Shown here piece after piece: positions 46,059-56,830 of a DNA stretch of 64,000 nt. The stretch is from NCBI GenBank assembly GCA_963765495.1, contig CAVXWP010000015.1:32001-96000 (forward strand). The letters are read 5' to 3'. The first letter of the stretch is position 1, and each line of letters starts with the position of its first letter. A program made the position numbers and the translations under genes. The stretch comes from Blastocatellia bacterium (GTDB taxonomy: Bacteria; Acidobacteriota; Blastocatellia; UBA7656). The notes under the pieces were generated by a model, which did no database searches, was not told the DNA's origin, and was given only the letters and a program-made list of their open reading frames with translations.

Positions 46059-47363
46059 ATGCGTGCGGTTGATGTAATAGCGAAGAAGCGCGACGGCAGG
46101 GAATTGTCGCGCGAAGAGATTCGGTTCATAGTGCGCGGGTACACCGATGGCGAGGTGGCGGATTATCAGATGGCCGCTTTGCTGATGGCGGTTTATCTGC
46201 GCGGGATGAGCGGCGAAGAGACGCTCTTTCTGACCGAAGAGATGCTCTATTCGGGCGAGGTCATGGATTTTTCGGATATGGCGCGGCCTCGCGTTGATAA
46301 GCACTCGACCGGCGGCGTGGGTGATAAGACATCTCTGGTTCTCGCTCCCGTAGTGGCCGCGGCCGGGGTGCTTGTGCCCATGATCTCGGGGCGGGCGCTT
46401 GCGCATTCGGGCGGCACTCTCGATAAGCTTGAATCGATTCCCGGATTTCGAACCGACCTGTCGCTTGCGGAATTTCGCTCGACGCTTGAAAAAGTCGGTA
46501 CTGCCCTCATAGGTCAGACCGCTGAGATAGCCCCCGCTGACAAAAAACTCTACGCCTTGCGCGATGTCACCGCGACCGTCGAATGCCGCCCGCTGATGGC
46601 CGGCTCTATCCTGAGCAAGAAGATGGCCGAAGGCATCAACGGCATCGTCTTTGACGTGAAGGTAGGCAATGGAGCCTTCATGAAGAGCGAAGAAGAGGCT
46701 ACGGCGCTTGCGCATTTGATGGTTGCGATTTCGCGCCGGATGGATAAAGAAGCGGTCGCGCTTATCACGGATATGAATCAGCCGCTTGGCCGCGCCGTGG
46801 GTAATTCGCTTGAAGTCATCGAGGCCTTTGAAGCCCTGCGCGGGCGTGGTCCGACCGATTTTATAACCCTGTGCCGCGAGCTTTCGGCCGAGATGATAGT
46901 CATGGGCAAGGCCGCAAGCGATATGGAGCAGGGGCGCCGCCTTTACGATGATCTGATTGCGTCGGGCGCGGCGATGGATAAAATGCGCGAGATAATCAGC
47001 GCGCAGGGAGGCAATCCCGAATCCGCGGATGATTACGATTTGTTACCGCGCGCCTCACGCAAGCAATCTGTTAAGGCAAAACGGGCGGGCTATGTACAGA
47101 CCATAGACACCCAGGCCATAGGCCGGGCTTCGATGTTGCTGGGCGCGGGCCGCGCGCGTCTCGATTCAAAGATTGATCTGAGCGTAGGGCTTTCGTCCGA
47201 GGCCAGAATAGGCGACAAGGTGGAAGTTGATTCCGAGCTTGCCGTCATTCATTTCAACGACGATTCGCGAGTCGGCGAAGTCGCCGAAATTCTTGAACGC
47301 GCTTACCATACGGGGCCGAATCCTGTCGACCCGCCTGAACTGGTCAAATCCGTGTTGCGTTGA
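46059..47363 (+). CDS. pdp: Pyrimidine-nucleoside/thymidine phosphorylase
   Basis: DKHSTGGVGDK, MISGRAL.HSGGTLDKLESIPG, SILSKKMAEG. Confidence 0.92.
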   Translation: MRAVDVIAKKRDGRELSREEIRFIVRGYTDGEVADYQMAALLMAVYLRGMSGEETLFLTEEMLYSGEVMDFSDMARPRVDKHSTGGVGDKTSLVLAPVVAAAGVLVPMISGRALAHSGGTLDKLESIPGFRTDLSLAEFRSTLEKVGTALIGQTAEIAPADKKLYALRDVTATVECRPLMAGSILSKKMAEGINGIVFDVKVGNGAFMKSEEEATALAHLMVAISRRMDKEAVALITDMNQPLGRAVGNSLEVIEAFEALRGRGPTDFITLCRELSAEMIVMGKAASDMEQGRRLYDDLIASGAAMDKMREIISAQGGNPESADDYDLLPRASRKQSVKAKRAGYVQTIDTQAIGRASMLLGAGRARLDSKIDLSVGLSSEARIGDKVEVDSELAVIHFNDDSRVGEVAEILERAYHTGPNPVDPPELVKSVLR

Positions 47364-47511
47364 CCGCGTAACCGGAATCGTTCTTTTCTTTCACCCGCTT
47401 TGATGTACAATCGAGTGCCCAGAGAAGTATCTATAAATCTCAACATGGAAATAGCAGGGTAAATCAGAGAGATTTGATTGCCTGTCCCTGTTCATTTCAA
47501 AGGAGGAGGAG

Positions 47512-48639
47512 ATGAGTAAGAGAGTCACTCGCCGTGATTTTGTTCGCGGCAGCGCAGTTGCCGGAGTCGTCGCCGGGATGCATGTAGATTTGCCGGTCTT
47601 CTCTCAGTCGAATGTGGCGCGCCCGCTGGTCATTTCAAGCGCCAATGGTTTGCGCGCCAATGAAAAGGCCATGCAGATGATTCGAGCGGGCGCTGATACT
47701 CTGGACGCGGTGGTAGCCGGGGTCAACATAATCGAGGACGACCCTAAAGATATGAGCGTAGGCTATGGCGGTTTGCCCAACGAGGACGGCGATGTCGAAC
47801 TCGATGCCAGCGTAATGCACGGACCCACAAAGCGAGCCGGAGCGGTCGCCGCCATCAGGCATATCAAGAACCCGTCAAAGGTTGCGAAACTCGTGCTCGA
47901 ACGCACAGATCATCTGTTGCTGGTCGCCGAGGGCGCGCTCAGATTCGCACTTGCCCACGGATTTAAGAAAGAAGATTTATTGACGGACGAGTCTCGCGCA
48001 GTATGGTTGCGCTGGAAAGAGACCATGAGCGATAAAGACGGCTGGGGGCCGGGCCTCGCCTCGCCCGAAAACCAGTCTCCGAGTTCCTCGCTTGTAAGCG
48101 ATCCGAAGCAAGCGGAACTGATCGCTCTGGCAGATCGAATAATCGCCCATCCTCCGACCGGAACCATAAATTGCATAGCGATAAACGAGCGCGGAGACAT
48201 TTCAGGAACGACGACGACAAGCGGGCTGGCCTTCAAGATACCGGGCCGGGTGGGAGATTCGCCTCTCATCGGGAGCGGGCTTTTCGTAGATAACGAGATC
48301 GGGGCCGCAGGCTCTACGGGCCGGGGCGAAGAGTGCATAAAGATCAACGGCGCGCACACCGTGGTCGAAATGATGCGGCGCGGCATGTCGCCTACGGATG
48401 CCTGTATGGAAGCCGTAAAGCGTGTGGCCGCAAATTACAACGGCGATCTGAAGAAGCTCCAGAAATTCGATATACAGTTTTACGCGCTGAACAAGAACGG
48501 CCAGCACGGAGGCGCTACGCTCTGGGGCTATCATACGGGGAAAGACGGCAATCGCCATCGCAGCACTTATGCGGTGCACGACGGGCGCGAAAACAAGCTG
48601 CACGATCTGGCCTATCTGCACGAAGGCCCGCCCGAGTAA
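47512..48639 (+). CDS. N4-(beta-N-acetylglucosaminyl)-L-asparaginase family Ntn hydrolase, Tat-exported
   Basis: TRRDFV Tat signal; SVGYGGLPN, GTINCI, TTTSGL.FKIPGRVGDSP, STGRGE. Confidence 0.88.
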   Translation: MSKRVTRRDFVRGSAVAGVVAGMHVDLPVFSQSNVARPLVISSANGLRANEKAMQMIRAGADTLDAVVAGVNIIEDDPKDMSVGYGGLPNEDGDVELDASVMHGPTKRAGAVAAIRHIKNPSKVAKLVLERTDHLLLVAEGALRFALAHGFKKEDLLTDESRAVWLRWKETMSDKDGWGPGLASPENQSPSSSLVSDPKQAELIALADRIIAHPPTGTINCIAINERGDISGTTTTSGLAFKIPGRVGDSPLIGSGLFVDNEIGAAGSTGRGEECIKINGAHTVVEMMRRGMSPTDACMEAVKRVAANYNGDLKKLQKFDIQFYALNKNGQHGGATLWGYHTGKDGNRHRSTYAVHDGRENKLHDLAYLHEGPPE

Positions 48640-48696
48640 GGGGAGACCCATTTGCGAGAAAACGGCAACTGTGAATTTCGAGGAAAGGCGGATGGG

Positions 48697-48798
48697 AATA
48701 GGCCACGGATGACACGGATCAGACGGATTTTCGCGGATCTGATCAAATAAGGTCTAATTCGTGTTTATCTGTCCGACCCGTATTATCCGTGGCCTATT
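48697..48798. repeat. Inverted CGGAT-repeat element, family C
   Basis: Perfect 14-bp terminal inverted repeat AATAGGCCACGGAT/ATCCGTGGCCTATT with internal CGGAT repeats. Confidence 0.8.
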
Positions 48799-48827
48799 TC
48801 AGTTTTCCTGGCAATGCATGATCGGAT

Positions 48828-49364
48828 TCAAGACCCTTTCAACTCCTCGCGTATGGATTCGATCTGCTTCAGGTGGTTTATGTCGTGTCCGGCCAGGAGC
48901 ATCACTATACGGCCAAAGCTTTCTTTGCCTCGCTCCGAATGCAGGCCGTATCGGTCCCAGTCCGGTTTTGGGGTCGAGCGAATCAGTCTCAAGTTCGCCT
49001 CTCGAAGCACGCGGAATCGTTCGAGCGTTTCTCGCAGAGGCTCTTTTTGTTTGCGCGCGCGCTCGGCGAATGCCGTCTGGTTATAGCCTTCAATCACCGG
49101 CTTATCCTCGGCAAGAATTTTTCGATAGCGGTATGCGTTGACCATCTCGCCATCGGCGAGGTGTCCGATGATGTCACGAATCGCCCATTTGTCGGACGCA
49201 GAGCGATAATCGATCTGGCGCGGCGATAGCCCCTCTGTCAGCTTGACGAGTCTCTTGTAGGTGGCGCTCAGCACCTTGACCGGGTCGCGCCCGGCAAGCT
49301 GAGATTCGATCCTCTTCACATACGCCTGAATTTCGGGCGAAACTTTCACGGGTTTTGCTTGCAT
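48828..49364 (-). CDS. DinB/YfiT-family metalloprotein
   Basis: KWAIRDIIGHLAD.E ... AGHDINHLKQI; RBS GAAAGGA before ATG 49364. Confidence 0.85.
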   Translation of the reverse strand: MQAKPVKVSPEIQAYVKRIESQLAGRDPVKVLSATYKRLVKLTEGLSPRQIDYRSASDKWAIRDIIGHLADGEMVNAYRYRKILAEDKPVIEGYNQTAFAERARKQKEPLRETLERFRVLREANLRLIRSTPKPDWDRYGLHSERGKESFGRIVMLLAGHDINHLKQIESIREELKGS

Positions 49365-49595
49365 ATCAATTCCTTTCAGAAACTTGGTTTCAGCGTCGGG
49401 CCAAAAGCAATGTTTAAAGATATTGCCGGGGCAGCGTCCGGGGCAAGCCCTACTTGTGTTGAGCGCGATTCTGTAGTAGCTTTGGAACATGAACTGCTGT
49501 TATCGGCTACTAATTCAAACGGCTACAGTGTGATAATGATAGTGTGATGCTGTCCGCGCTTGTGAGATTCAAAACCGGCCGGACGCTTTTTTTCT

Positions 49596-50579
49596 ATGGG
49601 AGATGAATCAGCAGTATTGAAAAAAGTAATTTTACCCGAAGAAGGCATAAAGGCGCTGTTCGGTCCCTACGACGAGAACATCAAGTATCTTGAAGGGCTT
49701 CTCGGCGTGCGCGTCTCATTGCGCGGCAACGAGTTGATGGTCGAAGGCGACGAGCAGGACGTTGGACTGGTCGAAAGCATACTCGGAGATTACGCCGCCC
49801 TCTTTGAAGAGGGAAGGCGGATGTCGAATGACGAGCTTAAATCGGCATTCAGACAGATAGCCGAAGACCGCGCCTATACGTTGCGCGATTATTTCACCAA
49901 GTCGCGGCTCAATCCTACTGGCAAAAAACAGGTCACTCCTCGCTCGATAAACCAGCGCCGCTACATCGAAGCCATCGAAAAAAACGATGTGGTGTTTGGC
50001 ATAGGAGTCGCCGGAACGGGCAAGACCTATCTCGCCGTGGCATTGGCCGTGCAGGCGCTCATGCAGAAACGCGTGAACCGCATAGTGCTGGCGCGTCCGG
50101 CGGTCGAGGCGGGCGAAAAGCTGGGCTTTCTGCCGGGCGATTTGCAGGATAAAGTAGACCCGTATTTGCGACCGCTCTACGATGCGCTCTTTGATCTTGT
50201 AGATTACGAGAAGGTGACAAAGTTGCTCGAAAAGCGAGTGATCGAAGTCGCCCCACTTGCCTTCATGCGTGGAAGAACGCTTTCGGAATCGTTCATAATT
50301 TTGGATGAGGCTCAGAACACGACATCCGAACAGATGAAGATGTTTCTGACCCGAATAGGGCTCGGTTCTAAAGCCGTGATCACGGGCGATGTGACCCAGA
50401 TAGATCTGCCCGCCGGTCGCCGTTCCGGCCTCGTCGAGGCCCAGCGCGTGGTCGGCAATTTGCAGGGCATCGAGTTTATCTATTTCACCGAAAAAGATGT
50501 CGTGCGACATCACCTGGTTCAAATGATAATACAAGCCTATGAACAGCACGGAAAATCGAGGCTCGAAGATAAGCTTTAA
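49596..50579 (+). CDS. phoH: PhoH-family ATPase (YbeZ)
   Basis: [43 protein letters not shown]. Confidence 0.95.
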   Translation: MGDESAVLKKVILPEEGIKALFGPYDENIKYLEGLLGVRVSLRGNELMVEGDEQDVGLVESILGDYAALFEEGRRMSNDELKSAFRQIAEDRAYTLRDYFTKSRLNPTGKKQVTPRSINQRRYIEAIEKNDVVFGIGVAGTGKTYLAVALAVQALMQKRVNRIVLARPAVEAGEKLGFLPGDLQDKVDPYLRPLYDALFDLVDYEKVTKLLEKRVIEVAPLAFMRGRTLSESFIILDEAQNTTSEQMKMFLTRIGLGSKAVITGDVTQIDLPAGRRSGLVEAQRVVGNLQGIEFIYFTEKDVVRHHLVQMIIQAYEQHGKSRLEDKL

Positions 50580-50687
50580 GTGATTGGTGAAACGTGATGC
50601 GTGAGAAATGCAATCGGCCTGATTAAAGGAGCGATGCTTTTAAGTCACGCATCACGAATCACGCATCACGAATCACGCATCACGAAT
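50580..50687. repeat. Inverted heptamer-repeat element, family B
   Basis: GTGATTG GTGAAAC GTGATGC GTGA ... (TCACGCA TCACGAA)3; fills the phoH-HD intergenic space. Confidence 0.8.
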
Positions 50688-50688
50688 T

Positions 50689-53112
50689 ATGCCCGCTAAG
50701 TCGGATACAAAATCTAATACTCGCCCCTTCACTAAAAATGTGGGAAGGTTGAAGAGCTTCTACGCAAGCCTGTCCGACCGGACTGTCATCGATGCTGCGG
50801 CAGGTCTGCTCATAGTTCTGGTTCTTTCGATGTTGCTGATGAGGCATTACCAGAGGCCGCAGATTCCGGCACTGGCCGCAGGCAGCACCGCCACAAGCGA
50901 CATCATCGCCTCAGAAGACCTGAAAATAGAGGACGCTGAAGAGACAAACCGCCGAAGATCACAGGCGGCAGCCGATGTTCTGCCCGTATTCGATTTCAAT
51001 CCGCGCGCGGTCAAGGACCTCCGCAACAAGATCGAGCAGATGTTCGAAGTCGGTCGTAATGCGCCCGAGGGATCGACCATCGATGATCTGCGCGCAAAGA
51101 TCGAAGAGGCGACCGATATTATCCTCGATCCCGAACAGGTCAAAGTCTTTATCGATTATCGCTTCAACTCCGAGCTTGAAAAGCTGATGATCGATCATCT
51201 GGAATCGGTGATGATGTCGGGTGTCATCAGCAGCCGCAGCCAGCTTGTCAGGCTCGGCTCGACCCAGATACTGCGCCGCGACAAAAAGACCGGGCAGGAG
51301 ACCGTGGTCGCTGATTTGTCGAACATCCGCGATTTGATAACTGCCCGCGCCGCGCTCAGGTCAGACAAACTCGTCTGGCCGGCTGAGTATGAGAAGAACG
51401 AACGCCGTATGATCGGCGAAGTGCTCGGCTCGCTCATCATTCCCGACATGATTTATAACGAGACCGAGACCGAAGCCCGAAAGGAAGGCGCTCGCGGGAC
51501 CATCGCCCCCGTCATGGTTGCCATTGATAAAGGCAAACCCATAGTCGTGCGCGGCGAAACCGTCACCCCTATAAAAGCGGCATTGCTTGAAGCCGCTTCA
51601 AATCGCCTCCCCATAGGCCAGCGCGCCATCGAATTCGCGGGCACGGTTGTCATCGTCATGCTGTTGCTGCTTGTGTTGTGGCGCTACCTGCTTCGCTACC
51701 AGACGCGCCACCTCAGAGTGCACCGCCATTTTCTGTTACAGGTATCGAGCTTTGTCATAGTGCTTGGCCTGGCCCGGCTCTTCTTCTCGATCGCCTATAT
51801 TATGAGTCAGTGGGTAGAGCGCGCTCCCTTCAATTCGGAACTGGGTTACAAATACCTCGCGCCGATTGCGGCGGGCGCTGTGCTGGTCACTATACTCAGC
51901 GACTCGCAGGCCGCCTTCGTCTTCTCGGCAATCCTTACAGTCTTCATAGGCATGCTCTCGGGAAACGTCTATCTTGCCGCATACACCCTGATGTCGAGCG
52001 TAGGCGCTATCTATCACCTGCAAACCTTAAAGGATCGCTCCGACCTTGTGCGGGCGGGGCTCTGGATAGGGCTTGTCAATACGGCGGCGGCGCTGGCGCT
52101 CGACCTCATAGGCGCAAGCGAACCGGGGCTCGATATACTGCTCTTTGACGGCTTTTGCGGATTTGCAAGCGGGCTGCTTGCAACCATGGTCGCCCTGATT
52201 ATACTGCCGCTCTTTGAGTGGTTGTTCGAGATAACCACAATCTTCAAGCTGCTCGAATTATCGAATCTGAATCTGCCGTTGCTCAAGCAACTGGCCGAGC
52301 GCGCGCCCGGAACCTATCACCACTCGATTATGGTGGGCCTGCTTGCGGAGGCCGCCGCCGAATCCATAGGCGCGGACGCGCTCTTTGCGCGGGTCGCCTG
52401 CTATTACCACGACATAGGAAAAGTGGTGCGCCCGACTTACTTCATAGAGAATCAGTCGCATCTGCAAAACCGCCACGACAACCTCGAACCGAGGATGTCT
52501 TCCATAATCCTTGCCAACCACGTCAAGCAGGGCATCGAGCTTGCCCGGCAATACAAACTGCCCTCGCGTATTGTCTCGATAATACCGCAGCACCACGGGA
52601 CCGGGCTGATGAAGTATTTTTATTACAAGGCGCGCAAGGCTCTGGGCGATACGGATTCAGCGGCGCTCGAAAATCAATTCCGCTACCCCGGCCCGAAACC
52701 GCAATCGAAAGAGGCGGCCATTATCATGATCGCCGACTCGGTCGAAGCCGCCGGGCGCACGGTCCAGGAGCCTACGCCCACAAAGCTGCGCAACATGATA
52801 AACATGATAATCACACGCATACGCGATGACGGGCAGTTGGACGAATGCGACATCACCCTTAGAGAGTTGACTCTGGTAGCCGAAAGCTTTGTGAAGGTGC
52901 TGATGGGGATACATCATCACCGCATAGCCTATCCCGGTTATGATTTCAATCGCGCGGGCGCTCCCGCCCTGCTTTCACAGGTGACGCCCGCCTCGGACGG
53001 AAAAACCTCTCGTCCGGCACCCGCTCAACCGGCAAATGGTCCCGTCCCCACAACGACCGCCGATGCCGCAAAGGCTCCCCCTCCGACTCTCAAAGAGGCG
53101 CGCGGTGATTGA
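50689..53112 (+). CDS. 7TM-HD family phosphohydrolase (PgpH/YqfF-like)
   Basis: Extracellular domain, TM bundle, APGTYHHS, YYHDIGK, QHHGT, ADSVEAA. Confidence 0.9.
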   Translation: MPAKSDTKSNTRPFTKNVGRLKSFYASLSDRTVIDAAAGLLIVLVLSMLLMRHYQRPQIPALAAGSTATSDIIASEDLKIEDAEETNRRRSQAAADVLPVFDFNPRAVKDLRNKIEQMFEVGRNAPEGSTIDDLRAKIEEATDIILDPEQVKVFIDYRFNSELEKLMIDHLESVMMSGVISSRSQLVRLGSTQILRRDKKTGQETVVADLSNIRDLITARAALRSDKLVWPAEYEKNERRMIGEVLGSLIIPDMIYNETETEARKEGARGTIAPVMVAIDKGKPIVVRGETVTPIKAALLEAASNRLPIGQRAIEFAGTVVIVMLLLLVLWRYLLRYQTRHLRVHRHFLLQVSSFVIVLGLARLFFSIAYIMSQWVERAPFNSELGYKYLAPIAAGAVLVTILSDSQAAFVFSAILTVFIGMLSGNVYLAAYTLMSSVGAIYHLQTLKDRSDLVRAGLWIGLVNTAAALALDLIGASEPGLDILLFDGFCGFASGLLATMVALIILPLFEWLFEITTIFKLLELSNLNLPLLKQLAERAPGTYHHSIMVGLLAEAAAESIGADALFARVACYYHDIGKVVRPTYFIENQSHLQNRHDNLEPRMSSIILANHVKQGIELARQYKLPSRIVSIIPQHHGTGLMKYFYYKARKALGDTDSAALENQFRYPGPKPQSKEAAIIMIADSVEAAGRTVQEPTPTKLRNMINMIITRIRDDGQLDECDITLRELTLVAESFVKVLMGIHHHRIAYPGYDFNRAGAPALLSQVTPASDGKTSRPAPAQPANGPVPTTTADAAKAPPPTLKEARGD

Positions 53113-53575
53113 AGTAGCAAATCGTCAAAGGCTGGTTTCGATAGACAAAAGCCGCATCGCAAGCCTTGCGAGCGCGACGCTCAAAGCCGTTGGACGCCCT
53201 GTTGCCGAAATCACCATAGCCTTTGTGCGCGACCGCCGCATACGACAGTTGAACCGCGATTTCAGAGGCAAAAACCTGGCGACCGACGTGCTCTCTTTTC
53301 CCTTCAATGATGAACCGATGGATTCCCGTATAGAACGAAAGGAGATTGATCAAACAGCGGAGGAGCGTTCAGACGGCTATTATCTGGGCGACATCGTGAT
53401 ATCTACTGAGCGGGCGCTTGCGCAGGCGCGCTCGTCCAATCTCACCTTTGAGCGCGAGGTAAGCGAGCTTGTCATACACGGTATACTTCATCTGTGCGGA
53501 TACGATCACGACCGGGATCAAGGCGAAATGAATCGGCTTGAGTTAAAGCTCAGGCGAAAGCTGCTTGACGCTTGA
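53105..53575 (+). CDS. ybeY: rRNA maturation endoribonuclease YbeY
   Basis: LNRDFRGK..ATDVLSFP, LGDIVIS, HGILHLCGYDH. Confidence 0.95.
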   Translation: MIEVANRQRLVSIDKSRIASLASATLKAVGRPVAEITIAFVRDRRIRQLNRDFRGKNLATDVLSFPFNDEPMDSRIERKEIDQTAEERSDGYYLGDIVISTERALAQARSSNLTFEREVSELVIHGILHLCGYDHDRDQGEMNRLELKLRRKLLDA

Positions 53576-53670
53576 TGCGAGATTCGCGATGCGTGACGCG
53601 TGAGATTTGTGAATAGCAATGCTTCGGTTTTTGCGATCTCCGATCACGAATCACGAATCACGAATCTCGC
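53573..53670. repeat. Inverted heptamer-repeat element, family B
   Basis: TGATGC GAGATTC GCGATGC GTGACGC GTGA ... GATCAC GAATCAC GAATCAC GAATCTC; starts on the ybeY stop codon. Confidence 0.75.
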
Positions 53671-53686
53671 CTAATCTCTACAGACT

Positions 53687-54982
53687 ATGGTAACTGAGTT
53701 AATATTGGCTGGCGCGGCACTGCTCGTACTGGTGTTTCTCTCTACGGTTGAAAGCGCGTATGAGTCGCTCAGCGAGGTGTCGCTCAGGGTGATGGTTGGC
53801 GAGCACGAAGACAGCCCGCGCGTCCGATTCTTCCGTGAGTTGCTCGACAACCGCCTCCAGTTCGAGTTGATACTGATCCTCGGCACGCAGATTTCAATCG
53901 CGCTTATAGCCATTCTCGCCGCAGACATATTCTCTTATATCAATCTGAGAGCCCCGCTTACCTTTGCCCTTGTTGCGACTTTTATCGTGGTCGTCCTGTT
54001 TCGCCAGTTTGTGCCGCGCCTGCTCGCTCAGAATCAGCCCGAAGAGATATTCTGGCAATTGCTGCCGCTGTTTCGACTCTTTTACCTCTTCTTTTCCGTC
54101 TTTGTCACACCCATCAGCCGGTTGCTCGAGCGGATGAAAAAGCCCGAGCCCGAACCCGAAGAGGACGAGGAAGAAGACGAAGAGACCATAACCGAGATTC
54201 AGGCGTTTATCGACGTGGGCGAAGAAGAGGGCATAATCGAAGAATCCGAAGGCGAGTTGATTCAATCAATACTAGAATTCAGCGATACCCGCGTGGGCGA
54301 AGTCATGCGCCCGCGCCCGCAGATCGTCGCTCTGGATGTCTCGGCTACGGCGGCAGACGCCCGCGAGGCAATGATCAAATCCAAGTACTCGCGCCTGCCC
54401 GTCTTTCGCGATCAGATCGACAACGTCGAAGGCATAGTTTACGTGCGCGATCTGCTCGCTTACTGCGAGCCGGATAAATCCGCCAATCCTGTCACCGAGT
54501 GCATGCGCCCCGCCTACTTCGTGCCGGAAACAAAGCCAATCGCCGAACTCTTTGAAGAGATGCAAAAGGCCAAGGTGCAGATGGCTATGGTCATAGATGA
54601 ATACGGCGGAGTGGCGGGCCTTGTGACGGTCGAAGACATAATCGAAGAGATAATGGGCGAGATAGAGGACGAAGATCGCACCGTAATAGCCGAAGAGATT
54701 ATCAAAAACGAGGACGGCTCTTATCTGATAGACGGCAGCACCGAGATAAGAAAAGTCGAACTGCTTTATGACAAAGAGATCGAGGCCGATGATTTTACGA
54801 CCGTCGCGGGGCTGATTATCAATGAACTCGGTCACATGCCCACCGTTGGCGAAACGCTCGATTTCAAGGGTCTGCGGTTTGAAGTGATCGAAGCCGACAG
54901 CCGCCGCGTCAATCGCGTGCGCCTCTACACCATCGAAGAGGTCAGCCCCGATGATGCCGAATCGCAGGCCGTCAGCGAATAG
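53687..54982 (+). CDS. HlyC/CorC (CNNM-CBS-CorC) family transporter-associated protein
   Basis: N-terminal TMs, EVMRPR, YSRLPV, VIDEYGGVAGLVTVEDIIEEI.GEI.DE. Confidence 0.92.
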   Translation: MVTELILAGAALLVLVFLSTVESAYESLSEVSLRVMVGEHEDSPRVRFFRELLDNRLQFELILILGTQISIALIAILAADIFSYINLRAPLTFALVATFIVVVLFRQFVPRLLAQNQPEEIFWQLLPLFRLFYLFFSVFVTPISRLLERMKKPEPEPEEDEEEDEETITEIQAFIDVGEEEGIIEESEGELIQSILEFSDTRVGEVMRPRPQIVALDVSATAADAREAMIKSKYSRLPVFRDQIDNVEGIVYVRDLLAYCEPDKSANPVTECMRPAYFVPETKPIAELFEEMQKAKVQMAMVIDEYGGVAGLVTVEDIIEEIMGEIEDEDRTVIAEEIIKNEDGSYLIDGSTEIRKVELLYDKEIEADDFTTVAGLIINELGHMPTVGETLDFKGLRFEVIEADSRRVNRVRLYTIEEVSPDDAESQAVSE

Positions 54983-54998
54983 CGAGGAAAGTGCGCAA

Positions 54999-55916
54999 AT
55001 GCCGGATCAGGAAATAACCACGGACACAGAGAAATTCAAATCGGGCGTGGTCGCGCTCATCGGTCGCCCGAATGCCGGGAAATCAACTCTTCTAAATCAG
55101 GTCGTAGGCGAAAAGATCGCCATCGTATCCGATAAGCCTCAAACCACACGCACGCGCATCAGCGGCGTCTTGAGCCGACCCGAAGGGCAGATCGTCTTTC
55201 TCGATACGCCGGGCATTCACAAGCCCGGCTATAAACTCAACCGCCGAATGATGGCCATCGTCACCGACGCGCTGACTACCGTGGACCTGATAATCCTGAT
55301 GATAGACGCGACTCAGGCAAAGGGCGCGGGCGACCGCTTCGTCCTCGATATGCTGAAACGCGTTTCGACTCGCGCCATTCTGGCGCTAAATAAAGTCGAT
55401 GCCCTGAGCGATAAGTCGAAGCTGCTGCCGAGGATCGCCGACTACGCCTCCGAACGCGAGTTTGTCGAAATCATCCCCGTCTCTGCGCTCACGGGCGACG
55501 GGGTGGATTTATTGATCGAGAAGGCGTTCGAATACTTGCCCGAGGGCGCACCCCTTTATGACGAAGACGCGCTGACCGATCAGCCCGAACGCGCAATCGT
55601 GGCCGAGCTTGTGAGAGAAAAGATTCTTCAAATAACCGGCGAAGAGATTCCATACGTCACCGCCGTAGTGACGGAAAGCTGGGAAGAGACCGAGGAGATC
55701 ACAAAGATCGGCTGCCTGATCTATGTTGAGCGGCCTTCGCATCGCGCCATTATCATAGGCAAGGGCGGCTTGCGGTTGAAGGAAGTCGGACAATCCGCTC
55801 GTGCCGACATAGAGCGATTGCTCGGACGCCATATTTATCTGGGCCTCTTTGTGAAGGTGCGTGAACACTGGCGCGACGACGAGCGAACGCTGAACGAGCT
55901 TGGGATACAGGGTTGA
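54999..55916 (+). CDS. era: GTPase Era
   Basis: GRPNAGKSTL, KPQTTR, DTPG, NKVD, KH-domain IIIGKGG. Confidence 0.96.
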   Translation: MPDQEITTDTEKFKSGVVALIGRPNAGKSTLLNQVVGEKIAIVSDKPQTTRTRISGVLSRPEGQIVFLDTPGIHKPGYKLNRRMMAIVTDALTTVDLIILMIDATQAKGAGDRFVLDMLKRVSTRAILALNKVDALSDKSKLLPRIADYASEREFVEIIPVSALTGDGVDLLIEKAFEYLPEGAPLYDEDALTDQPERAIVAELVREKILQITGEEIPYVTAVVTESWEETEEITKIGCLIYVERPSHRAIIIGKGGLRLKEVGQSARADIERLLGRHIYLGLFVKVREHWRDDERTLNELGIQG

Positions 55917-55947
55917 CCCGAGGCGGAGTCGGGTACCAGCCATTCAT

Positions 55948-56823
55948 ATGAAAAACGCGGAAGAGAAATCGTGGCTTTTGATCTCTATCGAAACCCTGCG
56001 CGAGGCCGAAGAATTTCTGTCTTCATCACTTTTCGATCTCGGCACGACCGGCATAATTACCCTCGAAGAATCGGATGAGACCATAAAGCTTGGCGCATAT
56101 TTCGACTCTGCCCTTGACCCGGAAGAGATAGGGCGAGCGATTGAATCCGTGTTCCTCGCCGCTCTGCGCCGGGACGAGTTGTTGAGTTTTTCATCTTCAA
56201 TCATCCCCGATCAGGACTGGATGCAGAAATGGAAGGAAGGATACGAGGCCGTGGAGGCAGGCGAGCGATTGATCGTAGCCCCTTCGTGGAAACTCCCCGG
56301 TGTGACAGGAGAGCGCCTCGTCATCCGCATTGATCCGGGGATGGCATTCGGGACCGGAACGCACGAGACTACGCGGCTGTGCCTTGAAGCAATCGAACGC
56401 TTCTGGCGCGGCTCTCGCCTGCTCGACGTAGGATGCGGGACCGGGATACTTGCCATTGCCGCCGCGCTGTTAGAGCCGCGTTCGAGTATTGTCGCCGTTG
56501 ACATAGACCCGGTCGCCGTCGAGGTTGCGCGTGAAAACATAGAGATCAATCGGGTGTCGGAACTGATCGAGGTCAGGGAAGGCGGGCCTGATGGTTTTGC
56601 CGGAACCGCATTTGATGTGGTCGTGGCGAACCTGACGGCGGAAGTGATAATCGAGTTGATGAGCGATTTAATCTGTTGTCTAGCGCCTTCGGGAGTGTTG
56701 ATACTTTCAGGCGTGTTGACGGATTTAAGAGACCGGGTCGAGAAACGGGCGACCGATGCGGGGCTTACCATCATCGAAGGGCGTGAAGCGGGTGAGTGGT
56801 CGGCGCTCGCGGCAAGAAGGTAA
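55948..56823 (+). CDS. prmA: Ribosomal protein L11 methyltransferase
   Basis: DPGMAFGTGTHETT, LDVGCGTGILAI, VVANL. Confidence 0.93.
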   Translation: MKNAEEKSWLLISIETLREAEEFLSSSLFDLGTTGIITLEESDETIKLGAYFDSALDPEEIGRAIESVFLAALRRDELLSFSSSIIPDQDWMQKWKEGYEAVEAGERLIVAPSWKLPGVTGERLVIRIDPGMAFGTGTHETTRLCLEAIERFWRGSRLLDVGCGTGILAIAAALLEPRSSIVAVDIDPVAVEVARENIEINRVSELIEVREGGPDGFAGTAFDVVVANLTAEVIIELMSDLICCLAPSGVLILSGVLTDLRDRVEKRATDAGLTIIEGREAGEWSALAARR

Positions 56824-56830
56824 CAAAGAG

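Noticed and set aside
53687-54982. Hemolysin toxin
   Set aside because: CNNM-CBS-CorC architecture in the usual ybeY/era neighbourhood indicates metal-ion homeostasis
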